DNA of 61,189 nucleotides, taken from assembly GCA_028681575.1 (NCBI GenBank), contig JAQUHX010000003.1:1-61189 (forward strand), written 5' to 3'. Shown in pieces: positions 52,233 to 60,634 of this stretch. Below the pieces are notes generated by a model that worked only from the letters and a program-made list of their open reading frames with translations, made no database searches and was not told the origin of the DNA. Position numbers and translations under genes: made by a program. Numbering within the stretch: the stretch's first letter is position 1; each line of letters begins with the position of its first letter. The stretch is from Patescibacteria group bacterium (GTDB lineage Bacteria; Patescibacteriota; Patescibacteriia; Patescibacteriales; UBA12465).

Positions 52233-52619
52233 TTATTGGGTAACTTTAACTGCATTTTCCAGGATAAAGTAAGCAATTCCCCAAGCAGAGAGGATAATAA
52301 TTAAACCAATAACACCGGAAGTCATTAATTTTCTTGCTTCGCCAACTTTGTCATCACTGCCACCAGCAGTCATCCACTTAAAACCAGCAATTAAAATAAT
52401 GCCCACGGCAATAATGCCTAAGAAAATCATGGCGGTGTTAATTAGTCTGGTTACCGTCTCAATCGGGCTTCGTCTGCCTATATCTAGAGTAGCATCAATT
52501 TCAGTAACACCCAGCTTGTCTAGGTTTAAAGTGCCGCTGCCAGCAAGCGTTGCCGCAGGAACAGCCACTAAAGAAAGCAATAAAGCTAAAGATAACAAGT
52601 GTTTCGTTATTTTTTTCAT
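52233..52619 (-). CDS. VirB2/TrbC-like small membrane protein, array copy 1 (first transcribed)
   Basis: 128 aa. Signal peptide ...AATLA|G, variable region, TM, AGFKWMTAGGSDDKVGEARK loop, TM. It is separated from copy 2 by a structured 104-nt spacer. Confidence 0.7.
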   Translation of the reverse strand: MKKITKHLLSLALLLSLVAVPAATLAGSGTLNLDKLGVTEIDATLDIGRRSPIETVTRLINTAMIFLGIIAVGIILIAGFKWMTAGGSDDKVGEARKLMTSGVIGLIIILSAWGIAYFILENAVKVTQ

Positions 52620-52693
52620 AATTCACCACCTTTCTAGTTTTATATATTATGCTAAGATTCTAGCATAAATAAGATTTCAAGACAATAAAAAAT

Positions 52694-53044
52694 TTATAAA
52701 TTTCGGTAGTGGTGCAAAAGGAAATGTTTTGGGCGGTCCGAAACAAGAGTGATTAAATCAAGACGACTCTTTTGGTATGAGTATCCGTGTAAATAACAAT
52801 AAGCTCTTAGGGCTTGTCGTAGTCTAGTTAATTGATAAACGCTTAAAAGTGCATGATTTAAGGCGAAAGCAGATTTTCTAGTTTTTACCTCGATGGCAAT
52901 TATTTCTTCAGATAATTTCATAATTAAATCTAGCTCTTTCCGGCCAAAGCGCCAGTTTTGGGCGAGTAGCTGGTAGTTGTTATTTAAAAGATATTTTAAG
53001 GCTTGTTTTTCTCCCCAAGCGCCTAAATTTTGTTTATTGGTCAT
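52694..53044 (-). CDS. yraN: YraN-family (UPF0102) endonuclease-like protein
   Basis: 116 aa. GAWGEKQALKYLLNNNYQLLAQNWR..GRKELDLIM......IAIEVKTR is the YraN / restriction-endonuclease-like core (E-x-D...E-V-K). Confidence 0.8.
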   Translation of the reverse strand: MTNKQNLGAWGEKQALKYLLNNNYQLLAQNWRFGRKELDLIMKLSEEIIAIEVKTRKSAFALNHALLSVYQLTRLRQALRAYCYLHGYSYQKSRLDLITLVSDRPKHFLLHHYRNL

Positions 53045-53047
53045 AAA

Positions 53048-53069
53048 AACCCCTCTTTAAAGAGGGGTT
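53048..53069 (-). terminator. palindromic hairpin between ORF 53099 and yraN
   Basis: aacccctcttt/aaagaggggtt is a perfect 22-nt palindrome, 3 nt upstream of the yraN start codon and 29 nt after the upstream stop. It could be a terminator or a translational-control hairpin. Confidence 0.4.
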
Positions 53070-53098
53070 TTAGAAAATGTTAAGTTATTTAAGGTTTT

Positions 53099-53485
53099 TT
53101 AGGGCAGGTATTTTTTTAAATCTGGCCCACCCGTTTTTTGAGAACGTTTTTTGGATACTTCTTTAATGTTTTTAATAATTACACACAACCACCAAATCAT
53201 CGCTATTAACCAAAGAAGATACCAGAAGTGAGCCGATAAAAAAGGGACGAGCTCATAGTTAAAAAACAATAAAATGAGGCCAATTAAAGAGTTTGCGAGG
53301 GCAAAATTATAAAAAATGCGGGCGGCGTAGCGGTTTTTTCCGGGGCGCCTTTTAACAATAAAAGAAGCAATTAAGATAAGAAGAAGAAGGCCAATAAAGC
53401 CTAGTAGGAAATAGCGCTGAATTCCCGAGAAACTTCCCGGACGTAAATTGAACCAAAACGAAAGAGAGAATAATTCTTGCCACAT
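53099..53485 (-). CDS. hypothetical membrane protein (about 3 TM)
   Basis: 128-aa ORF with three hydrophobic helices and a basic C-tail. I recognise no motif. Confidence 0.55.
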   Translation of the reverse strand: MWQELFSLSFWFNLRPGSFSGIQRYFLLGFIGLLLLILIASFIVKRRPGKNRYAARIFYNFALANSLIGLILLFFNYELVPFLSAHFWYLLWLIAMIWWLCVIIKNIKEVSKKRSQKTGGPDLKKYLP

Positions 53486-53491
53486 AAAAAG

Positions 53492-54043
53492 TTAGAGTTT
53501 TTTTAAAATAAAAGAATAATAATAATCACCGGCCGCAAATTGTTCTTTAATGGTTAAGCCGCTTTTAGCAGCTAAGTCAGCAACAACAGCTGGAGATAAG
53601 CGGTTTTTAATCGGTGGTCCAAAATTAGGGGCATCTAGTTTCCAATCAATTAAAACTAGTTGTCCGCCCACTTTTAGTAGCCTAGCAGTTTCGCGGAGAA
53701 TGTCCAGTTTTTTTTCTGATTGATTTAAAACATTAATTAAAAAAGCAATTTCTACGGTTCCAGATTTTATATTTGCGCCTTTGAAAACCTCTAAGTTTGT
53801 CCAAACCGTTTTTATTTGAGGGAGTTTTTCTATGTAGGCTCTTTTTTTAATATCGTCTAGAATTTCTGGAATAATATCCACTGCATAAAGAATCCCATTA
53901 GAACCAACTAATTTTGCAAGCGGGAAGACAAAATGACCCAGGTGTCCGCAGCCCAACTCAGCCACTACCTGCCCTTCGCTGATGGGCAATTTTTCAAAAA
54001 CTAAATCCATATCTAATGTTTTTCGAAAAGTAGATTCGCTCAT
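53492..54043 (-). CDS. class I SAM-dependent methyltransferase
   Basis: 183 aa. Motif I VAELGCGHLGHF, post-I YAVDI and motif IV-like LKVGGQLVLIDW. Confidence 0.75.
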   Translation of the reverse strand: MSESTFRKTLDMDLVFEKLPISEGQVVAELGCGHLGHFVFPLAKLVGSNGILYAVDIIPEILDDIKKRAYIEKLPQIKTVWTNLEVFKGANIKSGTVEIAFLINVLNQSEKKLDILRETARLLKVGGQLVLIDWKLDAPNFGPPIKNRLSPAVVADLAAKSGLTIKEQFAAGDYYYSFILKKL

Positions 54044-54069
54044 ATGGGTAAAATGGTTAATTAAAAAAT

Positions 54070-54732
54070 TTATTCCACTAAAATTTGACGCTCAATAACG
54101 GCTTCACTGCTATATTTTTTCTTAGCACTGATAGTAATATTGTTTAGGCCCTTTTTTAAGTTAATCAGAAGGGAAAAATCTCCATTTTTATTACTCAACA
54201 CTTCTTCGCCGTTAATTTTTATTTCTGCCTCAGCTTCGCTTTGACCATTAATTTCCCAAACAGTGCTAGTGGTTTTTAAATTTCCGGCCGGTTCCCAGAC
54301 GTTTAAATCGGGAGCGGAGACAATCATTTTTAAATAAAAACCTAAATAAGCCAAGCAAGCTAAAAGAATAAGGAGGAGAATAGTGGTTCGGACTAATTTA
54401 GGAAAATTAGCAAACTCTTTTTTGGCAACAATTTTTTGAAAAAAGGGATTAATTTCAGGTGAAATATTTTTTTCTTGTTCGGCAAGCCACTTATTGATTT
54501 CAGAATTAGGAAAGCCAAGCCAGCGAGCGTATTTTTTTGCATAGTTTCTTCCATATAATCCGGCTGGAAGGCGTTCAAAATGATCATCTTCTAAAGAGAG
54601 TAGATATTCTAAACGAATTCCGAGACGTTTAGCAGCCAGGGCGGGGTCAATTTGTTTAAATTCGCGAGCAGATTTTAAACGAGCGCCTAAACTTTTCTCA
54701 CCATTTAGAGGTTTTTTGGTAAACTCAGCCAT
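54070..54732 (-). CDS. RodZ-like HTH membrane protein
   Basis: 220 aa. N-terminal HTH LGARLKSAREFKQIDPALAAKRLGIRLEYLLSLEDDHFERLP (RodZ/HTH_25-like), one TM, and a small extracytoplasmic beta domain. Confidence 0.6.
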   Translation of the reverse strand: MAEFTKKPLNGEKSLGARLKSAREFKQIDPALAAKRLGIRLEYLLSLEDDHFERLPAGLYGRNYAKKYARWLGFPNSEINKWLAEQEKNISPEINPFFQKIVAKKEFANFPKLVRTTILLLILLACLAYLGFYLKMIVSAPDLNVWEPAGNLKTTSTVWEINGQSEAEAEIKINGEEVLSNKNGDFSLLINLKKGLNNITISAKKKYSSEAVIERQILVE

Positions 54733-54738
54733 GTTTGC

Positions 54739-55149
54739 TTATTTTAAGCTAGGAACTTTGCCACTACTAGCATCCCAATTTATTCCTAAGCCGCCAAACA
54801 AGGTTTGAATAATTAGAACGCTAGAAAAAACAAGTACTAAACCAACAACGGCCGCTCCCAAGATTTCTTTGCCTTTTTTTACTTTTTGCTCAGAACCAGC
54901 TGAGGTTAAAAAGACTATCCCGCCATAAACAAAAGCAGCTAAAGAAAGGGTTCCTACAAAACCTAAAATAAAATACATCAAATAAATTAGGTAATCTCGA
55001 ACATCATCCAGGGTGTACCCCCCGGTTTGATAGGCGGCGCTCTTTGTATCAACAAGGCTACTTGCTTGTACAATTTTCGGAGCGGCAGAAATAATCAAAC
55101 CAGCTCCTAATAAAATAAGCACAGCTAAAAAAAATCTTTTACGCTTCAT
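54739..55149 (-). CDS. VirB2/TrbC-like small membrane protein, dispersed divergent paralog
   Basis: The start is taken at the ATG at 55149-55147 (MKRKRFFLAVLILLGAG...), which removes the overlap with the upstream SBP gene. The C-half reads FVGTLSLAAFVYGGIVFLTSAGSEQKVKKGKEILGAAVVGLVLVFSSVLII, the same TM-loop-TM layout. Confidence 0.6.
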   Translation of the reverse strand: MKRKRFFLAVLILLGAGLIISAAPKIVQASSLVDTKSAAYQTGGYTLDDVRDYLIYLMYFILGFVGTLSLAAFVYGGIVFLTSAGSEQKVKKGKEILGAAVVGLVLVFSSVLIIQTLFGGLGINWDASSGKVPSLK

Positions 55150-55153
55150 ATGG

Positions 55154-56527
55154 TTAGCGAATTGTTTGCTGGACCTTAATGGCACCATCATTTAAAACAT
55201 CTAGTATTTTAAAGTTAGGGTTTAGGGCGTTATTAATCATCTCTCCAATTGCCCCTTCAGCGTCTTGAGCGCTGAGACCTCGATACCAACTCTTGGCGCT
55301 TAACACTTGTTCAGCAAAAGGGCCAAGGTATTCATCATTTTTTTGGTCATTAATACTTGCTTTGAGAGCAGTTGGTTTAGCGGTTTTTTGTAAGTAAATA
55401 TCAGCTTTTTCTTTTTTGGTTAAAAATTGAATAAAATCCCAGGCAGCATCGCTGTAGTTACTTTTCTTAGAAACGGTTAAGAGCCAATAATTAGCCATGT
55501 TTATTTGAAGCTGATTTCCTTCAATTTGAGGAAGTTTAGCAATTCCAAAATTTAATTTTGGCGCCTGAGAACGAATTTGTTCGAGGTTAAAAGAATAGCC
55601 AAGCATCATTGCTAAATTGCCGCTTGCAAAGGCGTCTAAAGCGTTTTTTTGCTCATCGTTCCAGCAGTAAACTTCTTTATTGGGGTTAGAAAAATCAGTG
55701 TAAAATCGTAAGGCTTCTAAACCGGGGTTGTAGCCGCTAGTAATGTAAGCAGGGACTTGGTTAAAGGTAACGCGACCATTTTCATCAATTATCGTAGCAC
55801 CATTTTGCATCATTAAAACTGTTAAAATGTCGCTAGCACGATTAATGTTGTTTGCCGTTCCGAGAGCGATTCCTGACTGGACTAAGCCTTTTTTTGGATC
55901 CTGTTTTGTCATTTTCTTAACGGCCTGTTGGAATTCTCGGTTCCAATAGCGAGGCGGTTCTGTGATTCCGGCGCTATTGAGTAAATCGCGATTATAATAG
56001 AGGGCCAGAGTATCAATAGATAAAGGCAATCCGTAAATTAAACCATCTTCTAAAATAGCGTCAGAGGCGACAACATCGGCAAAATTATTTTTTAATTCCC
56101 GGGTGCTCAGACTTCTAGTAGCTCGTAATTCTGGTACTAATTCTTTTTTGAATCCAGAGCTTTCGACGAAGTAGGCAACAGAAGTGTATTCTGGGAGGGG
56201 GTTAATCTTTGATTGATATTTTTTAACCCAGGTATTATGAATTGCAAAAATGTCTGGCCCCCGATCTTCTGCCCAGGCGTTAAGGAGTTGATTTTCGTAT
56301 TCTTCGTAACGAAATTTTTTATACTCAATTGTAATATTTGGGTGTAGAGTTTGATACTCGTTAATAATTTCTGAAAAAGCATCTGAATCGTCAAAAGCTT
56401 GCCAAAAAACAAGCTTAATTGGCTGTGAAGCTTTTAAGGTTGCTTCATTAATTTTAGTCTGGCAGCCAAAGCCGGCACCAAGGAAAAAGACTAATAAAGA
56501 AACAAGGAGAAGGGATTTTTTAAACAT
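55154..56527 (-). CDS. ABC-type sugar substrate-binding lipoprotein (family 1 SBP)
   Basis: The start is taken at MFKKSLLLVSLLVFFLGAGFGC (lipobox-like; ATG 56527-56525). The pattern is typical of an extracellular solute-binding family 1 protein (LVFWQAFDD, ...IFAIHNTWV, LALYYNRDLL). No permease or ATPase gene is adjacent. Confidence 0.75.
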   Translation of the reverse strand: MFKKSLLLVSLLVFFLGAGFGCQTKINEATLKASQPIKLVFWQAFDDSDAFSEIINEYQTLHPNITIEYKKFRYEEYENQLLNAWAEDRGPDIFAIHNTWVKKYQSKINPLPEYTSVAYFVESSGFKKELVPELRATRSLSTRELKNNFADVVASDAILEDGLIYGLPLSIDTLALYYNRDLLNSAGITEPPRYWNREFQQAVKKMTKQDPKKGLVQSGIALGTANNINRASDILTVLMMQNGATIIDENGRVTFNQVPAYITSGYNPGLEALRFYTDFSNPNKEVYCWNDEQKNALDAFASGNLAMMLGYSFNLEQIRSQAPKLNFGIAKLPQIEGNQLQINMANYWLLTVSKKSNYSDAAWDFIQFLTKKEKADIYLQKTAKPTALKASINDQKNDEYLGPFAEQVLSAKSWYRGLSAQDAEGAIGEMINNALNPNFKILDVLNDGAIKVQQTIR

Positions 56528-56641
56528 AAAATCAAAATGCGACAAACTGGTCGCTTAAGCATAACTATTATACCAAAAAATACTAAAACAAAAAAGAATT
56601 CTGTCATCTGGGCAGTCTCTAGAAATTATAATCAGTCATTT

Positions 56642-59600
56642 TTATCTTTTAGCAATCGGAGCGTCTTCTAACTTAACGCTTAAAAGTTGGCTAATACCAT
56701 CAGATTTCATGGTGACGCCGTATAAAACTTGAGAGCGTTTCATGGAGGCACGATTGTGGGTTATGACAATAAATTGAGTTTGGTTGGAAAGATCATCTAA
56801 AATTTGAGCGAGGCGTTCAGAGTTGGCTTCATCTAGGGCGGCGTCAACCTCATCTAAAATTACAAAAGGCGAGGGGTTGGCACTAATAATGGCGCAAATT
56901 AAAGCGATTGCAGTTAAGGCGCGTTCGCCACCCGAGAGCATGGATACGGTCTTAATCTTTTTTCCTGGAGGAGTTGCCTGGATTTCAATTCCTGATAAGC
57001 CTAAAGAATTCCGTTTTTTTAAGCGTTTTATTTTACGCAAATTGCGTTCACTCAAGCCTTGTTCTAAATTTTCTTCTTCAAAGCCTTCTGGGTTTTCTGG
57101 ATCTGACAGTTTAAAAACTTTAGCCTCGCCACCATTAAATAGTATTTTAAAATATTCACTAAACTTTTCAGAAATAAGAGCAAATTCCTGATCAAAACGA
57201 GCTTTAATATTGCTGTCTAATTCACTAATAATTTTTTCTAAAGAAATTATTGCTTGGTTTAAATCAGCGATTTGGTTGCTCAAAAAATCAAAACGTTCTT
57301 TGGTTTGATTAAATTCTGTTTCAGTTTCTGGATCAATGCCACCGATTAAATCTAGTTGGTTTTGGAATTGAGTGATTTTTTCGCGCCAGCGCTCTAATTC
57401 AATATTTTCTGTTTCTAGTAAATGATTTTTAATAAGAAGTAAATCTAGGTTAGCGTCACGAATATTACTTTCTAAATTTTCTAATTTTGCCTCTTGTTTG
57501 GCAGCAACCACCTGCCAATCGTTTAATTGGGTGGCTAAACTATTAAGAGCGCGACGCTTTTCGTCTGCTTGCCTTTGAAGAGCAAAAAGTTGAGCCGTTT
57601 CTGCTTCTTTTGTGGTATTGTAAACCTTTATTTTATCTTGAACTATTGTAATTTTTTGAGAAATAGCATCAATTTCTTTTTGGGCTTCGACTATTTTCTC
57701 TTCTAAATTGCTAGCATCAAATTTTATTTCACTCTTTCTTATTTTATTTTGAATTTCAATTTGTTCTTGTTTTAATTCTTCGAGACGGTTTTGAAGTAAG
57801 CGTTTTTTTTCTAATAAGGAATTTAACTCTAAATTTTTAGAACTTAAACGTTCTTGGGCTTGGCGGCGGCTTTCTTCTAAGGCGCTTGAGTTGTCTAGTT
57901 CGTAAACCGCTTTTATTTTTTGTTCTAATTTTTCCGCTTCCTTTATGAGAAGATCTTTTTTTTCTTGAGCAGCGTTTGCCTCGTTTTTGGTTTGGCTGGC
58001 TTTTTCAATTGTTTCTTGATATTTTTTTAAATCAGCTTCGGCGGCTGCATGTTTGGCCGAAGCTATCCGCCACTGTTCTTCTGTTGCCGCCACTTTGAGA
58101 CGTAAATCTGTTAGAGTGTCGCTAGCGGTTTGTTTTTCTTGACCGAGAGTAATTAAGAGTTCTTGCAGGTCTTTTAATTGTTCAGCTTCAGACTCAGCTC
58201 CGTAATCTAAAATCTCTTTAATTTCAGAGGCAAATTTTTCTTTACTTTCTTTAAGTCTGGCTTTAAGGCGGGCGCTATCAGTTTCTTCCTTTAGTCGTTC
58301 TAATTCATCAAGAAAACGTTCTATGGTGGCGCTGATAACTAATTTTCCGCTTTTTAATTCACTTTTTTTGAGCCTATCTTTAAGTTGGGCAACCTGAGAC
58401 CGGGTTTCGTTTAGAGAATTATTTAGAGAGCTTATTTTTTCAGCTGCTTGATTTTCTTTCTTTTTGGATTGGTTTACCGCCTCAGTGGCAGCTATTAAAG
58501 CGGCAGCGCAATCAGCAACAGCGTTTGTGAGAACCTTTTTTTCATTAGCGCTAGCCTGGGAATCGAAATTTAAAAATTCGCGACTAACTTTTAAAATAGC
58601 ATCAAGACGGGCGATTTCTTGTAAACACTGCCCCTTCTCTGCCTCTTGTTTTTTAACGGCAATAAGAGATTCTTTGGCGGCAGTGAGCTCTTTATCTAAT
58701 AAGCTTAATTCTTCCCGATTAGATTCAAGCTCTTTTTTGACTAATTCGGTTGGCAAATTGTTTAATTCTTGCTCGGTCGTGTTAATACTGTTTGTTAAGT
58801 CTTGATTTTTTGTTTTTAGCCAAGAAATATCGTATTGTCCTTGAGAATCTAATTGATGTTCAAGTTCAGCTTGAATCTTTGTCAGTTCACGCCAAATTTG
58901 GTCTTTTTCTTTTTGGTAATTGTTTAGCTCAAGTTCCCAGGCATTTAACTCTTCGCGATTATTGGTTGCTCTCATTTTCTCAATTGTTGACTCAAGTTCA
59001 GATAAACGATCGTCCTCTGTGAAGCGTTCTTTTTCTAGAGTTAGGTAGTTATTGTTTGCTTCTTTAAGTTTTTTGCTAGCTTCTTGATAAAGATAGCCGT
59101 AATAATTTAATTGATGGGTACGTAATTCTTTTTCAAGTTCATCACGATGTTTTAATTTTTCTACTTGGCGGGTGAGGCTTTTTAAGCGGGGCTTAATTTC
59201 TGTTAAGAGCATCTCTACTTGTTGGAGATTCTCATAGCTACTTTCTAGTTTGTTAATGGATAAATCGCGTTTGATTTGAAATTCTTTAATGCCGGTTGCC
59301 TCGTCAAAAAAATCTTTTCGTTCACTGGCGCTAGTATTTAAGAAATTTTCAACCATGCCCTGGCCGATAATACTGTAAGTTTTTTGTCCGACATTAGCTT
59401 TAGCGAGCAGCATTTGAACATCTGCCAAACGAACCCTTTTGCCATTTATTAAATATTCACTCTCACCGCTTCTAAAAAGTCGACGGGTGATTGTTATTTT
59501 GGGAGATTTTAAGAATTCCCGAACAGCGTCAAAATTTAAAGGGGCTGTGTTTTTAGTTTCTTCTTCGCTTTTTAAAATTGGTTCATTATCAAGGACTAGT

Positions 59601-59896
59601 CCGGCGGCTGGAATATCATTATTTAAAATTAAGGAAACCTCAGCAAAACTCAGTTGGCTTTTCTGGTCAGAACCCGAAAAAATAACATCTTCGCTTTTTT
59701 TCCCGCGTAAAGTTTTTAGGCTTTGCTCTCCTAAAACCCAACGGACAGCATCGGCGATATTTGATTTTCCTGAACCATTGGGACCAACAATTGAGGTTAA
59801 CCCACGTTTAGACTCGGAAATGATTCCCGGAAAAAGTAAGGTGTTTTTGTTGGCAAAGGATTTAAAACCCTGGATTTCTAACTTTTCTAAATACAT
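56642..59896 (-). CDS. smc: chromosome segregation protein SMC
   Basis: About 1084 aa from MYLEKLEIQGFKSF (ATG 59896-59894; the track ORF starts at 59920). Walker A GPNGSGKSN, long coiled coils with a hinge, signature LSGGE and Walker B FVILDEVDAALD. Confidence 0.95.
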   Translation of the reverse strand: MYLEKLEIQGFKSFANKNTLLFPGIISESKRGLTSIVGPNGSGKSNIADAVRWVLGEQSLKTLRGKKSEDVIFSGSDQKSQLSFAEVSLILNNDIPAAGLVLDNEPILKSEEETKNTAPLNFDAVREFLKSPKITITRRLFRSGESEYLINGKRVRLADVQMLLAKANVGQKTYSIIGQGMVENFLNTSASERKDFFDEATGIKEFQIKRDLSINKLESSYENLQQVEMLLTEIKPRLKSLTRQVEKLKHRDELEKELRTHQLNYYGYLYQEASKKLKEANNNYLTLEKERFTEDDRLSELESTIEKMRATNNREELNAWELELNNYQKEKDQIWRELTKIQAELEHQLDSQGQYDISWLKTKNQDLTNSINTTEQELNNLPTELVKKELESNREELSLLDKELTAAKESLIAVKKQEAEKGQCLQEIARLDAILKVSREFLNFDSQASANEKKVLTNAVADCAAALIAATEAVNQSKKKENQAAEKISSLNNSLNETRSQVAQLKDRLKKSELKSGKLVISATIERFLDELERLKEETDSARLKARLKESKEKFASEIKEILDYGAESEAEQLKDLQELLITLGQEKQTASDTLTDLRLKVAATEEQWRIASAKHAAAEADLKKYQETIEKASQTKNEANAAQEKKDLLIKEAEKLEQKIKAVYELDNSSALEESRRQAQERLSSKNLELNSLLEKKRLLQNRLEELKQEQIEIQNKIRKSEIKFDASNLEEKIVEAQKEIDAISQKITIVQDKIKVYNTTKEAETAQLFALQRQADEKRRALNSLATQLNDWQVVAAKQEAKLENLESNIRDANLDLLLIKNHLLETENIELERWREKITQFQNQLDLIGGIDPETETEFNQTKERFDFLSNQIADLNQAIISLEKIISELDSNIKARFDQEFALISEKFSEYFKILFNGGEAKVFKLSDPENPEGFEEENLEQGLSERNLRKIKRLKKRNSLGLSGIEIQATPPGKKIKTVSMLSGGERALTAIALICAIISANPSPFVILDEVDAALDEANSERLAQILDDLSNQTQFIVITHNRASMKRSQVLYGVTMKSDGISQLLSVKLEDAPIAKR

Positions 59897-59925
59897 AATA
59901 AAAAAAGAAAATTCCGGCAATTTCT

Positions 59926-59954
59926 TTACATCCTTAGCCGGCTTAGCTTATAAT
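59926..59954 (+). promoter_or_regulatory. sigma70-like promoter for cmk
   Basis: TTACAT (59926-59931), 17-nt spacer, TATAAT (59949-59954). Confidence 0.45.
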
Positions 59955-59985
59955 ATAATAAACTTTTATTAAGCAAAAGACAACA

Positions 59986-60567
59986 ATGATTATTTCTTTA
60001 AGTGGAAACCAGGGTTCAGGAAAGAGTGTTTTAGCGGAAAAATTAGCTAACGCTTTAGGGTGGCCTCGTTACTACATGGGTGGACTAAGACGGGAGGCCG
60101 CGGCTAATCGTGGTTTAACTTTAGCAGAATATAACAAATTAGGAGAGACGGACCCCGTTACAGATTTAGAGGTGGATCAATATCAAAAAAAATTAGGCGA
60201 AACTGAGGATAATTTTATTATTGAAGGGCGGACGTCCTGGTACTTTATTCCCCATTCGTTAAAAATTTTTCTAAAAGTTGATGAAATTGAGGGTGCACGG
60301 CGTATTCTTCTAGCTAAACGCGAGGGAGAGGATGATAAAATGTCTACTTTAGATGAAGTTTTAGCTAGCACGCGGAGGCGACAACTTAGTGATCAAAAGC
60401 GTTATTTGAATTATTTTAATATTGATGCTTATAACTCTGATAATTTTGATTATTTAGTTGATACCACTAACTTGACTCCAGAGGAGGTTTTTGACCAGGT
60501 TTACGAGATAATAAATAAGGAGTTGTTAAAAAAGGTGGGCATTGACAATTTAAACAGTAAATTATAA
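59986..60567 (+). CDS. cmk: cytidylate kinase-family P-loop nucleotide kinase
   Basis: 193 aa. P-loop ISLSGNQGSGKS, followed by YMGGLRREAA and a FIIEGRTSWY-type NMP/core pattern resembling short (archaeal-type) CMP kinases. Confidence 0.6.
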   Translation: MIISLSGNQGSGKSVLAEKLANALGWPRYYMGGLRREAAANRGLTLAEYNKLGETDPVTDLEVDQYQKKLGETEDNFIIEGRTSWYFIPHSLKIFLKVDEIEGARRILLAKREGEDDKMSTLDEVLASTRRRQLSDQKRYLNYFNIDAYNSDNFDYLVDTTNLTPEEVFDQVYEIINKELLKKVGIDNLNSKL

Positions 60568-60634
60568 GATGGAACGAGATTTAAAGTTGAAAACTCAACG
60601 AGGCTGAGCAGCTTCGTTTCTAATTTTAAGCAAT

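Noticed and set aside
52348-52668. Plus-strand 106-aa ORF
   Set aside because: It is antisense to pilin-like copy 1. It has no independent signals, and the minus-strand gene belongs to a six-member family.
56823-59972. Plus-strand ORFs 56823-57191, 58464-58805, 58792-59022 and 59439-59972
   Set aside because: All are antisense to smc. Their Ser/Leu/Phe-rich translations are what the reverse complement of a Glu/Lys/Leu-rich coiled-coil gene produces.
60568-60634. Hairpin aacgaggc/tgagca/gcttcgtt upstream of rplS as an L19 leader regulatory RNA
   Set aside because: It may simply be the cmk terminator. The known L19 leader motif is defined in Firmicutes, and I cannot verify any similarity by eye.
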